A program made the position numbers and the translations under genes. Below are positions 50,072-59,500 of a stretch of DNA of 64,000 nucleotides, in pieces. This DNA comes from a virus: positions 32,001 to 96,000 of the IMG/VR virus record IMGVR_UViG_3300005826_000037; one strand, 5' to 3'. How positions within the stretch are numbered: position 1 is the stretch's first letter; each line of letters opens with the position of its first letter. The notes under the pieces are model-generated. The model was not told where the DNA came from and did not search any database. It saw only the letters and a list, made by a program, of their open reading frames with translations.

Positions 50072-50737
50072 TCAGAATTGTGGGTTAAAGTGGAACACTG
50101 CGAAAGCATATGTTCTAGCACTTGACAATGCTGATGCTAGGTAGTTTGGAGTGGTTACCAAAGAACCGTTTGTTACGAATTCAACAAAGTGTCCAACAAC
50201 AACTGTATTGGAATTTGCTAACGTTGATCCAACAGGAGTTAATTGTCCGCCCTTAAGAGTTGCTGGAGCAAATGTTAAGGAAGCACCAACTGCCAAAGTT
50301 GTATTGGTTGGTGTCAAACCATCAGCTGCTGCTGTGTCACATGCGTCCAAAGAGACTGCATAGAGACCTGGTTTATCCCAGCAAGTTACCTTGCCAGAGC
50401 CGGTTGCAGTGTGAGGTCCGAGGACAGCGCCACCTGTGGAAACTAATCCAACAGTTCCGCCAACAACAGATCCAAACAAAGTTCCATATCCAGATGTTCC
50501 TTCATCAGCCAACATCAAAGGACGAGAAGAAGTTGCGACTGTAGCAGTGACAACAGTTCTCTTATTTGGGGTTACATACCCATCAAAAACATCCCAAGAT
50601 GCTTTATCTGTGGAAACACCTGTTACAACAGATGAAAAGGTTACGATTTCTCCACCCTTGAGATATGTTGCTTCTGTATCAAGACCATCGAACTGACCCA
50701 ATGGTTGAATTCCTGGTTGCAAAAGTTTTAAAGCCAT
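50072..50737 (-). CDS. head decoration/cement protein
   Basis: Immediately upstream of the MCP; G/T/A-rich; GSGKVTCW; paralog of 57511-58203. Confidence 0.65.
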   Translation of the reverse strand: MALKLLQPGIQPLGQFDGLDTEATYLKGGEIVTFSSVVTGVSTDKASWDVFDGYVTPNKRTVVTATVATSSRPLMLADEGTSGYGTLFGSVVGGTVGLVSTGGAVLGPHTATGSGKVTCWDKPGLYAVSLDACDTAAADGLTPTNTTLAVGASLTFAPATLKGGQLTPVGSTLANSNTVVVGHFVEFVTNGSLVTTPNYLASALSSARTYAFAVFHFNPQF

Positions 50738-50845
50738 TTTAGTTACCTATTTAATCTTTTAATGCCGTAATTTTTGATTAATCGGCACACTTACTTACAC
50801 CTTGTACTTACTAAATCTAAAGGAGATATTTAGATATTGATATAT

Positions 50846-52123
50846 TTATTGCAAAATTGAGAACCTATCTAGTTCTTTTTCTAGATCTCTAATTTCATCA
50901 TCGATAGATCTAGGTGTTTTTTCGCCACTTTCTGATTTTGGTTCTCTTGTATATTCTTTGCCTTTAGACTCTTCAGCATTCTCTTTTTCTTCTGGTTTAC
51001 TCTTGCTCATAGCATTTTCAACCTTTTCTCTTGCCTTATTTTTAAATGAGCCAGCCTCTCCTAGAACATCTAGAAATCCTTTAACACTATCTTCATAAGG
51101 ACCTAATGCTCTGACAACATCATCGAAATCATCAGCAAATAATCCATAACCACCAGAAAGACCTTTGGTCCAATCAACCATTCTAGTTAAGACTCCTTTA
51201 TCTTGTGTCTGTCTTAATTTGTAAGACTCATCTTTAAAATTATCTTTTATCTGATCTAAATAAGCAGAGAATTCACGAACTTTTTTATCAAGAGTTTCAT
51301 ATGCTTTAAGCGCACTACTTGAATCAAAACCCTTGCTCATCTCTATTAATTCTTGAGCTGATCTTGGTTTATCCATAGTTTCAATAATTGGCATAATCCT
51401 ATCAATTTCTAATTTAAAATCCAAAACTTTGTTTTTGAAATTGCGCATTTCTTGCTTGAAGTTTTGAGTATATTCAGTACCAAAACCCCAATCAGAATTA
51501 CTACTTATTAGATCATCAATTTCAGCAATTAAAGCTTCACTATTCTTTTGGAAGCCTTTATTAGCAAATGGTAAATGTTGTTGTGCATATAATACACCAA
51601 GAGCTGTAACAACACCAATAGCAACCGGAACCCAAGCAGTCTTTACAATTTCATCTTTTTTTTTTAGATCAGCCATTTGCTCCAAGCATTTATCAGCCAA
51701 TACACGAAGCTCTTCAAAATTCTTATTATCTAAATCATTACCTACTCTAACCAAATTGAGAATAAATTCTTGTTCAGCATATTTCTTTTGCCTCAACATA
51801 CCATCTGGTGTTTTATCTAAGATGTTAAGAAGAATTGTTTGCCTCTCATTAATATTTTCTACCAGCCCATTAATCTTATCATAAGATGGAGATACAACAA
51901 CAGAATTTGGATGGGCAAGCTCAGCAATATTATGCTCATATTCCATGCCCTTAGTAGTCTCTGGTTTCACACCATATAATGCTTCAATAGCAGATATGTC
52001 TAATGAATCCATTCTAGGATTTTCTTCGAGCTTTCTTTTAGCTTCTTCAGAAGTAACTCCAGATAGCATTCCCTTCTCTTCAGCTATTTTTACAAACTCA
52101 TCAAAAATATCACTTTTTCTCAT
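50846..52123 (-). CDS. putative internal head/ejection protein
   Basis: AHP...GLVEN module and LVRVGNDLD motif; hydrophobic segment after VKTA; start likely MRKSDIF at 52123. Confidence 0.55.
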   Translation of the reverse strand: MRKSDIFDEFVKIAEEKGMLSGVTSEEAKRKLEENPRMDSLDISAIEALYGVKPETTKGMEYEHNIAELAHPNSVVVSPSYDKINGLVENINERQTILLNILDKTPDGMLRQKKYAEQEFILNLVRVGNDLDNKNFEELRVLADKCLEQMADLKKKDEIVKTAWVPVAIGVVTALGVLYAQQHLPFANKGFQKNSEALIAEIDDLISSNSDWGFGTEYTQNFKQEMRNFKNKVLDFKLEIDRIMPIIETMDKPRSAQELIEMSKGFDSSSALKAYETLDKKVREFSAYLDQIKDNFKDESYKLRQTQDKGVLTRMVDWTKGLSGGYGLFADDFDDVVRALGPYEDSVKGFLDVLGEAGSFKNKAREKVENAMSKSKPEEKENAEESKGKEYTREPKSESGEKTPRSIDDEIRDLEKELDRFSILQ

Positions 52124-52172
52124 TATGGCATCTCTCTGTGGTAAATTATATTTAATATGCTGGCATATGCGT

Positions 52173-53252
52173 TTATTTAGGTGCTTTTTGGGCAACATCA
52201 TCTATAAAGAGATCAACTATTTGTTTCATTGACTTAAAAGCCCTTGGTATAAATACGTACTTAGCACCTGGTGAAGAATAATTATACCAATAGATTTTAT
52301 CCATAGCTACCATAAATCCAGGTTGAGCAGCTATAATATTTTCAAGTCCATCAAGCCCGTCATAAACTTGCTTGGCGAAATCAATTAACATTTGCTTAAT
52401 TCCTGATTTTGTATTAGGATATGGAACCGACCAAGTAATACTATCATCATCATTATACTGAACATTAGTATATGATTTATTAGTAGGAAATCTTGTTTGA
52501 CTTGAGCTTCTTATACTTACTGTTGGTTCCTTGCTTGATTTATTTGTTTCAGTAGTTTTAGAACTGTCTCCTATTCCTAAGAATTTACTAACTACATCTC
52601 CAGCAACCATAAATCCAGCAGATGCAAGTATAGTTTTGAATACCCAAGAAAATACTTTCTTTAAAACACCAGCTATCTTGAATTTAAGAGCCCCAAAACC
52701 AATACCCCAATAAGCTTCCTTTTTCATACCCTCTGAATAGCTTTCCATTGCCATTTTTACAATTCTGGCATTAATAAGCTCAACATCAATTGAAGATTGA
52801 CTTTCTAATTTCTTTTTTGCTTCAGCCTCTTCCTCTGGTGTTGCTGGAGTATAATTACTATTTACAGCGCTATTAACAATTTCATCAACTTCAGATGATG
52901 ATATGGGTTTCCCACTGCTTATAAGAGATCTGATGCCAGACTCAATTGTTTTAAGGATATCTTCTACCTTAATACCAAAAACTGATACCGCCAAACCAAT
53001 AAGGGCACCAACCCAACCAAAACCAAGAGCGCCAAACATCCTAAAAATCAAAGTAGGAGCTAAGAGATTTAATACACTACCAACTTTATCATTTGGATCT
53101 ATTTTTGAGACAACATAATCTTTAACTGCTTTCATTAAAGAAACTATTGCTCCAGTTGTATCTCCTTCTGCATTTTTAATAATGGAAGGGTTTTCAGCAA
53201 TAGCTTCCACAATCATGCAATCAACATAGAAGCTTATCTCATAATTATTCAT
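52173..53252 (-). CDS. putative internal head/ejection protein with hydrophobic helices
   Basis: Two Gly-rich hydrophobic stretches; IKNA, VKMA and KKEA sites. Confidence 0.5.
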   Translation of the reverse strand: MNNYEISFYVDCMIVEAIAENPSIIKNAEGDTTGAIVSLMKAVKDYVVSKIDPNDKVGSVLNLLAPTLIFRMFGALGFGWVGALIGLAVSVFGIKVEDILKTIESGIRSLISSGKPISSSEVDEIVNSAVNSNYTPATPEEEAEAKKKLESQSSIDVELINARIVKMAMESYSEGMKKEAYWGIGFGALKFKIAGVLKKVFSWVFKTILASAGFMVAGDVVSKFLGIGDSSKTTETNKSSKEPTVSIRSSSQTRFPTNKSYTNVQYNDDDSITWSVPYPNTKSGIKQMLIDFAKQVYDGLDGLENIIAAQPGFMVAMDKIYWYNYSSPGAKYVFIPRAFKSMKQIVDLFIDDVAQKAPK

Positions 53253-54778
53253 TACCTTCTCCTTGTTGGAGTAGCATAATTTTTTATAAAATTCTGCAAC
53301 ATATCCATATTATCTCTTACAATAACATAATGTTGCGATCTTAAACGAGTTAAATTATTTTTTGGAATATTTCTTCCAAAATTATGCTCCATATGCATTG
53401 TAACTTCGGATGTATATTGAACCAAATTCTTTAAAGCATTCAAGAATGAAGCTAAAGTTTTTATTCCACCATTCAAATTAGTAGAGAATGCAACTGGTGG
53501 AGATTTAAGATTAAAAATAAGATTATTGGCGCCGCCCCCAGACATCATATTATTCAGAGATCCAATAACTTGTTGTATTTGTGTTAATTTAGAACTAACT
53601 TGAGACTGAACTGAAGTTCCATATTTTGATAAAAACTTATTATAATCAGTAATGAAATGCATTATCCTTGGAACATTAACAGAGTCCATAGATAGAGGTA
53701 ATCTCTCTACAGATGACAAGTCACCCAGCCAACTTTGCAATTCTTGTTGAGAGCCACCCCCTCCTTCTCCCTCTTCCTTTTTACCTTCGCCTTCTTGACC
53801 TGGAGCAGTAACCTGACAATTAGATTGAGACATCAAACTCTTAACTTGGCTATTGTAATACTTAGCGAAATGCTTCTTATCTTCTGTTGCTGCGGCTAGA
53901 TAATAATTAGACCTATCAAGTAAAACATTAAGTATCATACACTTAAGTTTTTCCATCTCAGCAGGTCTCTTGATTATAGATTTACCAACTCCCTCATCAA
54001 AAACTGTGAAAGAATTTAACATTGTATTAAAATCTTTCAAATCTCTAACTGTAATTGGATATGTTATACCTGATACTTGTTGTGGCAAACCAAGAGCTAA
54101 AAGATTTACATCTTTACGAGGATTATCTGGATAAACATAGTAATTAGGTATATTATCCAAAATAGTGTTATCACTTATTTCTGTACCAGTTGTAGCATCA
54201 TATTTCTTTGCCCTATCGATAGCTAAATCTCTGAAGTATCTATTGAAATTAAGTATTAATGTATTAACATATGGAAGAACAACTTCTGGGGCATCTGTAC
54301 CTTCAGCCATTTGTTTAAGTGACTCTAAGTATGATCTTAGTGCTTTTGCATCAACATAAAAGCTATGCGAATCATATTTTCTATTTTCTTTATCTCTTTC
54401 ACCATAAGGAGATGTAGTTACTATTCCCAAACCCTTTTCTGTAGCTTGTTCTTTTGTTAATCCACCATTTTCTGCGCCCATAGGATAAACTAGTCTTACA
54501 CCATCAACCATTACTTCATGGTCAGACAGGTTCTGCATAAATGTTCCGAAATTCTTAATTGTCTTTACATTTAATTCTAGAGTCCCTTTTCCAGTTGAAA
54601 TTGTTGGTTGTGGTTTTTCAAACTTTAATTCTGAATATAATTGATCGGCAAAAGCTTTTGCAACGACAAAATCAGCATTATTTGCAACATTGGGATCAGC
54701 TGCATTCTTGATAATCGTTTCATTTTTTAATGAACTAATCAAGCTTTTGAATACATTAGGATTATATAAGAATGACAT
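53252..54778 (-). CDS. putative internal head protein
   Basis: 508 aa; IIKNAA near the N-terminus; in the head gene cluster. Confidence 0.5.
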   Translation of the reverse strand: MSFLYNPNVFKSLISSLKNETIIKNAADPNVANNADFVVAKAFADQLYSELKFEKPQPTISTGKGTLELNVKTIKNFGTFMQNLSDHEVMVDGVRLVYPMGAENGGLTKEQATEKGLGIVTTSPYGERDKENRKYDSHSFYVDAKALRSYLESLKQMAEGTDAPEVVLPYVNTLILNFNRYFRDLAIDRAKKYDATTGTEISDNTILDNIPNYYVYPDNPRKDVNLLALGLPQQVSGITYPITVRDLKDFNTMLNSFTVFDEGVGKSIIKRPAEMEKLKCMILNVLLDRSNYYLAAATEDKKHFAKYYNSQVKSLMSQSNCQVTAPGQEGEGKKEEGEGGGGSQQELQSWLGDLSSVERLPLSMDSVNVPRIMHFITDYNKFLSKYGTSVQSQVSSKLTQIQQVIGSLNNMMSGGGANNLIFNLKSPPVAFSTNLNGGIKTLASFLNALKNLVQYTSEVTMHMEHNFGRNIPKNNLTRLRSQHYVIVRDNMDMLQNFIKNYATPTRRR

Positions 54779-54789
54779 TATTTACCCTC

Positions 54790-56082
54790 TTATTTTACTG
54801 GCGCTGGATTTGCAGGAGCAGCTGGTTGTTCTGTAGTAGGAGCAGTTTCTGGAGCAGGTTGTTTTTGTTCTACTTGTTGTGATTGAAATTGATTATAACG
54901 TTTTTCTATCTCTGGCTTTATAAAACCTGTAAAAACATTAACTGCTTGTTCTTTTGGAAATCCCATTCTCTCTGCCCAAGATAAATAATTTGCAACACTT
55001 GTTAAAGCAGAAAGAGGGACTGCTGCTGGGCTTCCCTTTCCAATAGAAACATATATTACCTTTTCCCCCATTGGAGAGTTTGGCTTATATTGATCAGAGT
55101 TTCTATTTTTAATTATTTCTTTCTTTTGCTTATCAAATGCAGACTCTTCGGTTACTTTTCCAAATGCTCTATCTTCTTCAAGATATGGTCTAAACTTTGG
55201 ATTACCAACAACTCTTTCTCTTATATCCTTATATAATGACAATATTCCATAGATATCTTTTGTGAAAAGATTTGCATAATCTGTCTCTTGTTTAGGAGTC
55301 AATTTAACATCTTTTCCGTCTACCTCAATTTTATCAAGATTTGTTTTGAAAGATAGTAATCTTCTTGGACTAAAAGAATTTGATGGAACTTTCATTTCAC
55401 CTGCTAATTGTAGTAATGCAAAACCAAAACCCATAATATTCTTTAGTGCATTATGAGTTCTCCATTCCCACCTACCATCAGGTCTAAATTCTTTTGAACT
55501 AGTTCCTATTCTACTTATTGTATCCATAACAACTTTCATTTGATAGACACTTGTTTCGCCTTGCTTTTTTTCTTCATAAGATTTGGCATTAGGATCATCT
55601 GACCACTCAACACCTCTTCGGTCCTCTGGAAGTTCTCCAACAAAATTTTGAGCGAAGAAATCCATAAAACTTCCTCTATTGCGCTGATCTGTACTTTGCT
55701 TTCTCTTAATATCAGGAGCGTTTACTATAGGCAAATCAGAATACTTAACATCATCCATAATATAATTTGCAAACTGCTGCATCGCTTGTTGCATTTTTAT
55801 TACTGCTTTATTTCCTGGACGATATGTACCTTTTCCTGTACCACCAGCTGGTCTTGCTGGTCCTTTACCACCCGGACCAATAACATCATTATCAGCTCCC
55901 CCTCCAGCAGGACTAACAACATCAGCGCCAGTTGAAGGAGTATCTGCAGAAATAGAAACTTCATCTAGATTAATTGGAGATACTGCTGTAGGAGGATTAC
56001 CACTCAGAGCATTTGATGTAGCATTCCTAAGATCATCCTCAACTCCTGCAATCTTTTTTATTAATTTAACTATATCCTTCAT
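54790..56082 (-). CDS. putative internal head protein
   Basis: MKDIVKLIKKIAG N-terminus; VIKMQQAM...PDGRWEWRTHNAL weakly resembles a PG-binding motif. Confidence 0.5.
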   Translation of the reverse strand: MKDIVKLIKKIAGVEDDLRNATSNALSGNPPTAVSPINLDEVSISADTPSTGADVVSPAGGGADNDVIGPGGKGPARPAGGTGKGTYRPGNKAVIKMQQAMQQFANYIMDDVKYSDLPIVNAPDIKRKQSTDQRNRGSFMDFFAQNFVGELPEDRRGVEWSDDPNAKSYEEKKQGETSVYQMKVVMDTISRIGTSSKEFRPDGRWEWRTHNALKNIMGFGFALLQLAGEMKVPSNSFSPRRLLSFKTNLDKIEVDGKDVKLTPKQETDYANLFTKDIYGILSLYKDIRERVVGNPKFRPYLEEDRAFGKVTEESAFDKQKKEIIKNRNSDQYKPNSPMGEKVIYVSIGKGSPAAVPLSALTSVANYLSWAERMGFPKEQAVNVFTGFIKPEIEKRYNQFQSQQVEQKQPAPETAPTTEQPAAPANPAPVK

Positions 56083-57365
56083 TATTTCATCCAGGCATTA
56101 TACAAAGCATTTGTTTTTCTAACATATGGTGATGCAATACCAATAAATTTATTGGCGACTTGTTCTGTCATTAAATCAGGACTTATAGCATTGCTTTGAT
56201 TTTTAATTTCTGTAAGCTTACTTATAATAGAACTTATTTGTGATATAGCTTTTTGAGAATTAACATCACCACTAGAATTTATAACAGGAGTCAATACTCT
56301 TAATTTACTAAGAGCGTTACCAATATAAGAATTTACTTTACCTAATTGAATCTCTCCCTCACTAGATGTAATAGATACTTCTTCCAAAGTTATAGGAGAA
56401 CCTGGTTTTCTTTCTTCCTTTTCTGGTGATCCATAATATTTCTTTATATTATCATCAAATTGCCCCATATATAAACCTAATGCAGTATTCGCTATACTTA
56501 AACAACTATTTATCTTTGATAATATTTCATCTCTCTTATCAGATAAATAATCACCAGTAAATAAATCAGTAATATCACCTACATGTCTTGCTGCTGAAAA
56601 TGGTGCGGTCACTGGATTTAATAAACCTAAATCCTTCCAATCAAAAAATTCTGTGGAATTAACCATGTCTTCCAAATCCCCAATTACTTCTTTGATACCA
56701 GATCTAATATCTCCATCTTCAGTAATTTTACCTAATCCCACTCTTACTTGACTAATATTAGTTGATATTCTTGATTTATATGTTGTACTATTTCCAAAAT
56801 ATCTATTTATAATTGTTTCAATAGAATTAAGTAATGGATTTATTTTTTGCACCTGATTTATTGCAGCTTTTCTTCTAAGATTTTCCATATCATCTGAAAC
56901 CTGACCAATAGATAATTTAACTGCATTAATAATATCAAAAGCATTAGTTAATTTTCCAGTAGGTTTCTTATCAAGAATTTTTAATGTCTTTAATTGTTGA
57001 TCTACAATTGTCTCAACAATTCCATATTCGCCATCGCTAACCTGAACACTTCCCTTTGGATGAGCCTGATCAACTAAATCTTCGCCAGTTTCTTTGCTGG
57101 TCGAATATTCGGTTTGTGCTTGTTTATATCTAAGATAATTATTCTCTAATTCATCTGCATATTTGCTTAAACCAACATCTCTTAATCCAGAGCATAACTT
57201 GGTTAAATTAGAAAAGAAATCTTCGGTTGGAGTAAAGTCTGGCTTATTATTTTCACTAGCCGTTTTCTCAATTATAGATTGCTTTTCTTGTTCTTTTGAA
57301 ATAGCCATTCTTTCAAGAGATCTCATTACTGGGGAATCGTCAAAATTTATGTGCTTAAAAGTCAT
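56082..57365 (-). CDS. putative internal head protein
   Basis: LTKLCSGLRDVGLSKYADEL and AHP...GIVET modules; start at 57365 chosen from the GGAG SD. Confidence 0.55.
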   Translation of the reverse strand: MTFKHINFDDSPVMRSLERMAISKEQEKQSIIEKTASENNKPDFTPTEDFFSNLTKLCSGLRDVGLSKYADELENNYLRYKQAQTEYSTSKETGEDLVDQAHPKGSVQVSDGEYGIVETIVDQQLKTLKILDKKPTGKLTNAFDIINAVKLSIGQVSDDMENLRRKAAINQVQKINPLLNSIETIINRYFGNSTTYKSRISTNISQVRVGLGKITEDGDIRSGIKEVIGDLEDMVNSTEFFDWKDLGLLNPVTAPFSAARHVGDITDLFTGDYLSDKRDEILSKINSCLSIANTALGLYMGQFDDNIKKYYGSPEKEERKPGSPITLEEVSITSSEGEIQLGKVNSYIGNALSKLRVLTPVINSSGDVNSQKAISQISSIISKLTEIKNQSNAISPDLMTEQVANKFIGIASPYVRKTNALYNAWMK

Positions 57366-57510
57366 GATAGCTCCAAACAAATCGGTATCTTTATTTAAGT
57401 ATGCAGTTTTATAACATACTTATACTAAATAAATAGATATGCACAAAACCTATTTAACCAATTATTCTCTTGCATCTTAATCTTTTTCTAATTACAATGT
57501 GGACGGATTT

Positions 57511-58203
57511 TCAGTACCATAGAAATTCGATCATACTATTCATAGGTGTTGGTGGAGCAGTAACCATAGCAACAGCTGGATGATAATCACTTGGTTTTCT
57601 TGTAGTAAGATATCCTGACTCACTCACATATAGATTAGCTCTTACCGGATATTGTTGATTACTTTCAAATTGATCAGTTTGCGCAAACATCCTTTGGAAC
57701 CAAACAGTCATTCTGCCTGTTCCAGCGGTACTATCATCACCAGGAATATTCGCAATTTGATAAGTATAATTTACAATTGTCCTGATAGCATCTGGAGTCC
57801 CAGATCCTGTCATATCAAAATTAAGTTGAGTTCCCGCAACAAAAGTAATAACTCCATTAACGGGATTAAGCGCGACATCAATTGTGGAGTTAAAACTATC
57901 AGGAATAATATTTGGTTTCCTAAGCTCAGCTTTAATATCAATTGGGGTAACTAATATTCCTCCAGGACCAGGAATACCTGTTGCTGGAACAATTATAACT
58001 TCATTCCAAGAAACACTAGTAAATGCTTTTGTTCTAATCTCATCAATAATACCAATTGGCGCTGTACCAGTGCTAACTGTCGCCATAACTTGATTTCCTA
58101 TGACTGTAAGTTCTCCACACATGCCGGGCTGAAATTCCACACTAGGGTCACAAATAAAAGAAGCTGGTAAACTGTTGCCAACTTGTATCAATCTCAAAGT
58201 CAT
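57511..58203 (-). CDS. head decoration protein paralog
   Basis: MTLRLIQVG vs MALKLLQPG and TAGTGRMTVW vs TATGSGKVTCW shared with 50072-50737. Confidence 0.6.
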   Translation of the reverse strand: MTLRLIQVGNSLPASFICDPSVEFQPGMCGELTVIGNQVMATVSTGTAPIGIIDEIRTKAFTSVSWNEVIIVPATGIPGPGGILVTPIDIKAELRKPNIIPDSFNSTIDVALNPVNGVITFVAGTQLNFDMTGSGTPDAIRTIVNYTYQIANIPGDDSTAGTGRMTVWFQRMFAQTDQFESNQQYPVRANLYVSESGYLTTRKPSDYHPAVAMVTAPPTPMNSMIEFLWY

Positions 58204-58243
58204 ATTATTATCCTATTTTATGCATTAAACTTTAACCAGGTCA

Positions 58244-58251
58244 TGATATAT
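58244..58251 (+). promoter_or_regulatory. TGATATAT motif 16 nt upstream of ATG 58260
   Basis: TGATATATAACTTTAT-ATG. Confidence 0.6.
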
Positions 58252-58259
58252 AACTTTAT

Positions 58260-59219
58260 ATGAAAAGGACAAAATTAACACCAGAATTAACTCAAAAAAT
58301 AATTTATGAATATTTATCTGGACTAGATACATATCAAACTGCAAAAAAATGCACCTGTTCTCAAACATTAGTTATGAATGTACTAAAGAGAAATAATATA
58401 CCTCGTCGTACAACTCAAGACTATACAAGAAAATATATAACCAATAACAAATTTTTTGAAAATATAAATAACGAAAATAATGCGTATTTTCTAGGTCTAC
58501 TATATGCTGATGGTAATAACTATGTAAGAATACCACATTCATATGAAATTTCAATTAAACTACAAGAATGCGATAAATCTATTTTAGAAAAATTACGAGA
58601 TCTACTGTGTCCAAATATGGAATTAAAACTTAAAATAGATAAAAATACTTCAAATAAACATTATTTATTTAAAATAAATAGTAAAAAAATAAGCGAACAA
58701 TTATCTTCATTAGGATGTGTTCCAAATAAAAGTTTAATTTTAACTTTTCCTAAATTTTTAGATGATAATTTACTAAATCACTTTATAAGAGGTTATTTTG
58801 ATGGAGACGGATCATTATATTGTAAACCTCAAAAAAAATCTGGACAAATTGATTATAATTTACAACTAACTTCTTCTGATAAATTTTGTTTATCTGCTAA
58901 AAATAAAATTGAAAATATATTAAATATTCATTTTTCAACTAAATTAGCTCATACGAAAACAAATCAAATAACAACAACATTATCTGTTGGTGGTAATAAT
59001 CAAGTAGAAAAAATTCTTGATTGGATATATAAAGATGCAACTATATATTTACCAAGAAAATATGATAAATATATAGAATTCAAAAATTATAGAAATCAAA
59101 CTTCATCTTCAAATGAAGGAAGAAAATCTTCTTCTGACACTTCTAAATCAATATCAGCACTTAATAAATCATCAGAGTCATTAATCTCTAAAACTCCATC
59201 ATCAGACATATTAAATTGA
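58260..59219 (+). CDS. free-standing LAGLIDADG homing endonuclease
   Basis: YFLGLLYADG and FIRGYFDGDG; 3' end overlaps the convergent gene by 124 nt. Confidence 0.9.
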   Translation: MKRTKLTPELTQKIIYEYLSGLDTYQTAKKCTCSQTLVMNVLKRNNIPRRTTQDYTRKYITNNKFFENINNENNAYFLGLLYADGNNYVRIPHSYEISIKLQECDKSILEKLRDLLCPNMELKLKIDKNTSNKHYLFKINSKKISEQLSSLGCVPNKSLILTFPKFLDDNLLNHFIRGYFDGDGSLYCKPQKKSGQIDYNLQLTSSDKFCLSAKNKIENILNIHFSTKLAHTKTNQITTTLSVGGNNQVEKILDWIYKDATIYLPRKYDKYIEFKNYRNQTSSSNEGRKSSSDTSKSISALNKSSESLISKTPSSDILN

Positions 59220-59500
59220 GTACCGTGATGTAATAGATTTTTAACTTGTTTCTCTGGTGATAGATTTTTCAAATGACGATCTGGTGTTTTTGCGGGATCA
59301 CTTTCAGCAATCTTCTTAAGAACTGCTATAACTTTATCAGCAGCTATTATAAGACCCTCTTCTTCAAAAATCTCTGCTGCAGAATGTAATAGATTTACTG
59401 CTTCAAAAAGATTATCGGTATTTTGACCAGATTGTACCTCTGCAAGTTTAACTTGCATACCTGAAATTAATTCATCTTCGAATACTGATTTTTTGATCAT
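59096..59500 (-). CDS. small acidic head-associated protein
   Basis: Paralogous N-terminus with the two neighbours (KSVFEDELISGM...AVNLLHSAAEIFEEEGL). Confidence 0.65.
   Translation of the reverse strand: MIKKSVFEDELISGMQVKLAEVQSGQNTDNLFEAVNLLHSAAEIFEEEGLIIAADKVIAVLKKIAESDPAKTPDRHLKNLSPEKQVKNLLHHGTQFNMSDDGVLEINDSDDLLSADIDLEVSEEDFLPSFEDEV

Noticed and set aside
90-50737. DGY enrichment as a DNA-level repeat or binding site
   Set aside because: The instances checked use different synonymous codons and are in frame, and they are restricted to one protein class. Out-of-frame occurrences were not exhaustively counted.
29814-59219. Homing endonucleases as parts of group I introns or inteins
   Set aside because: Flanking genes are complete with their own starts and stops, there is no room for intron cores, three HEGs are antisense, and no intein splice motifs were seen.
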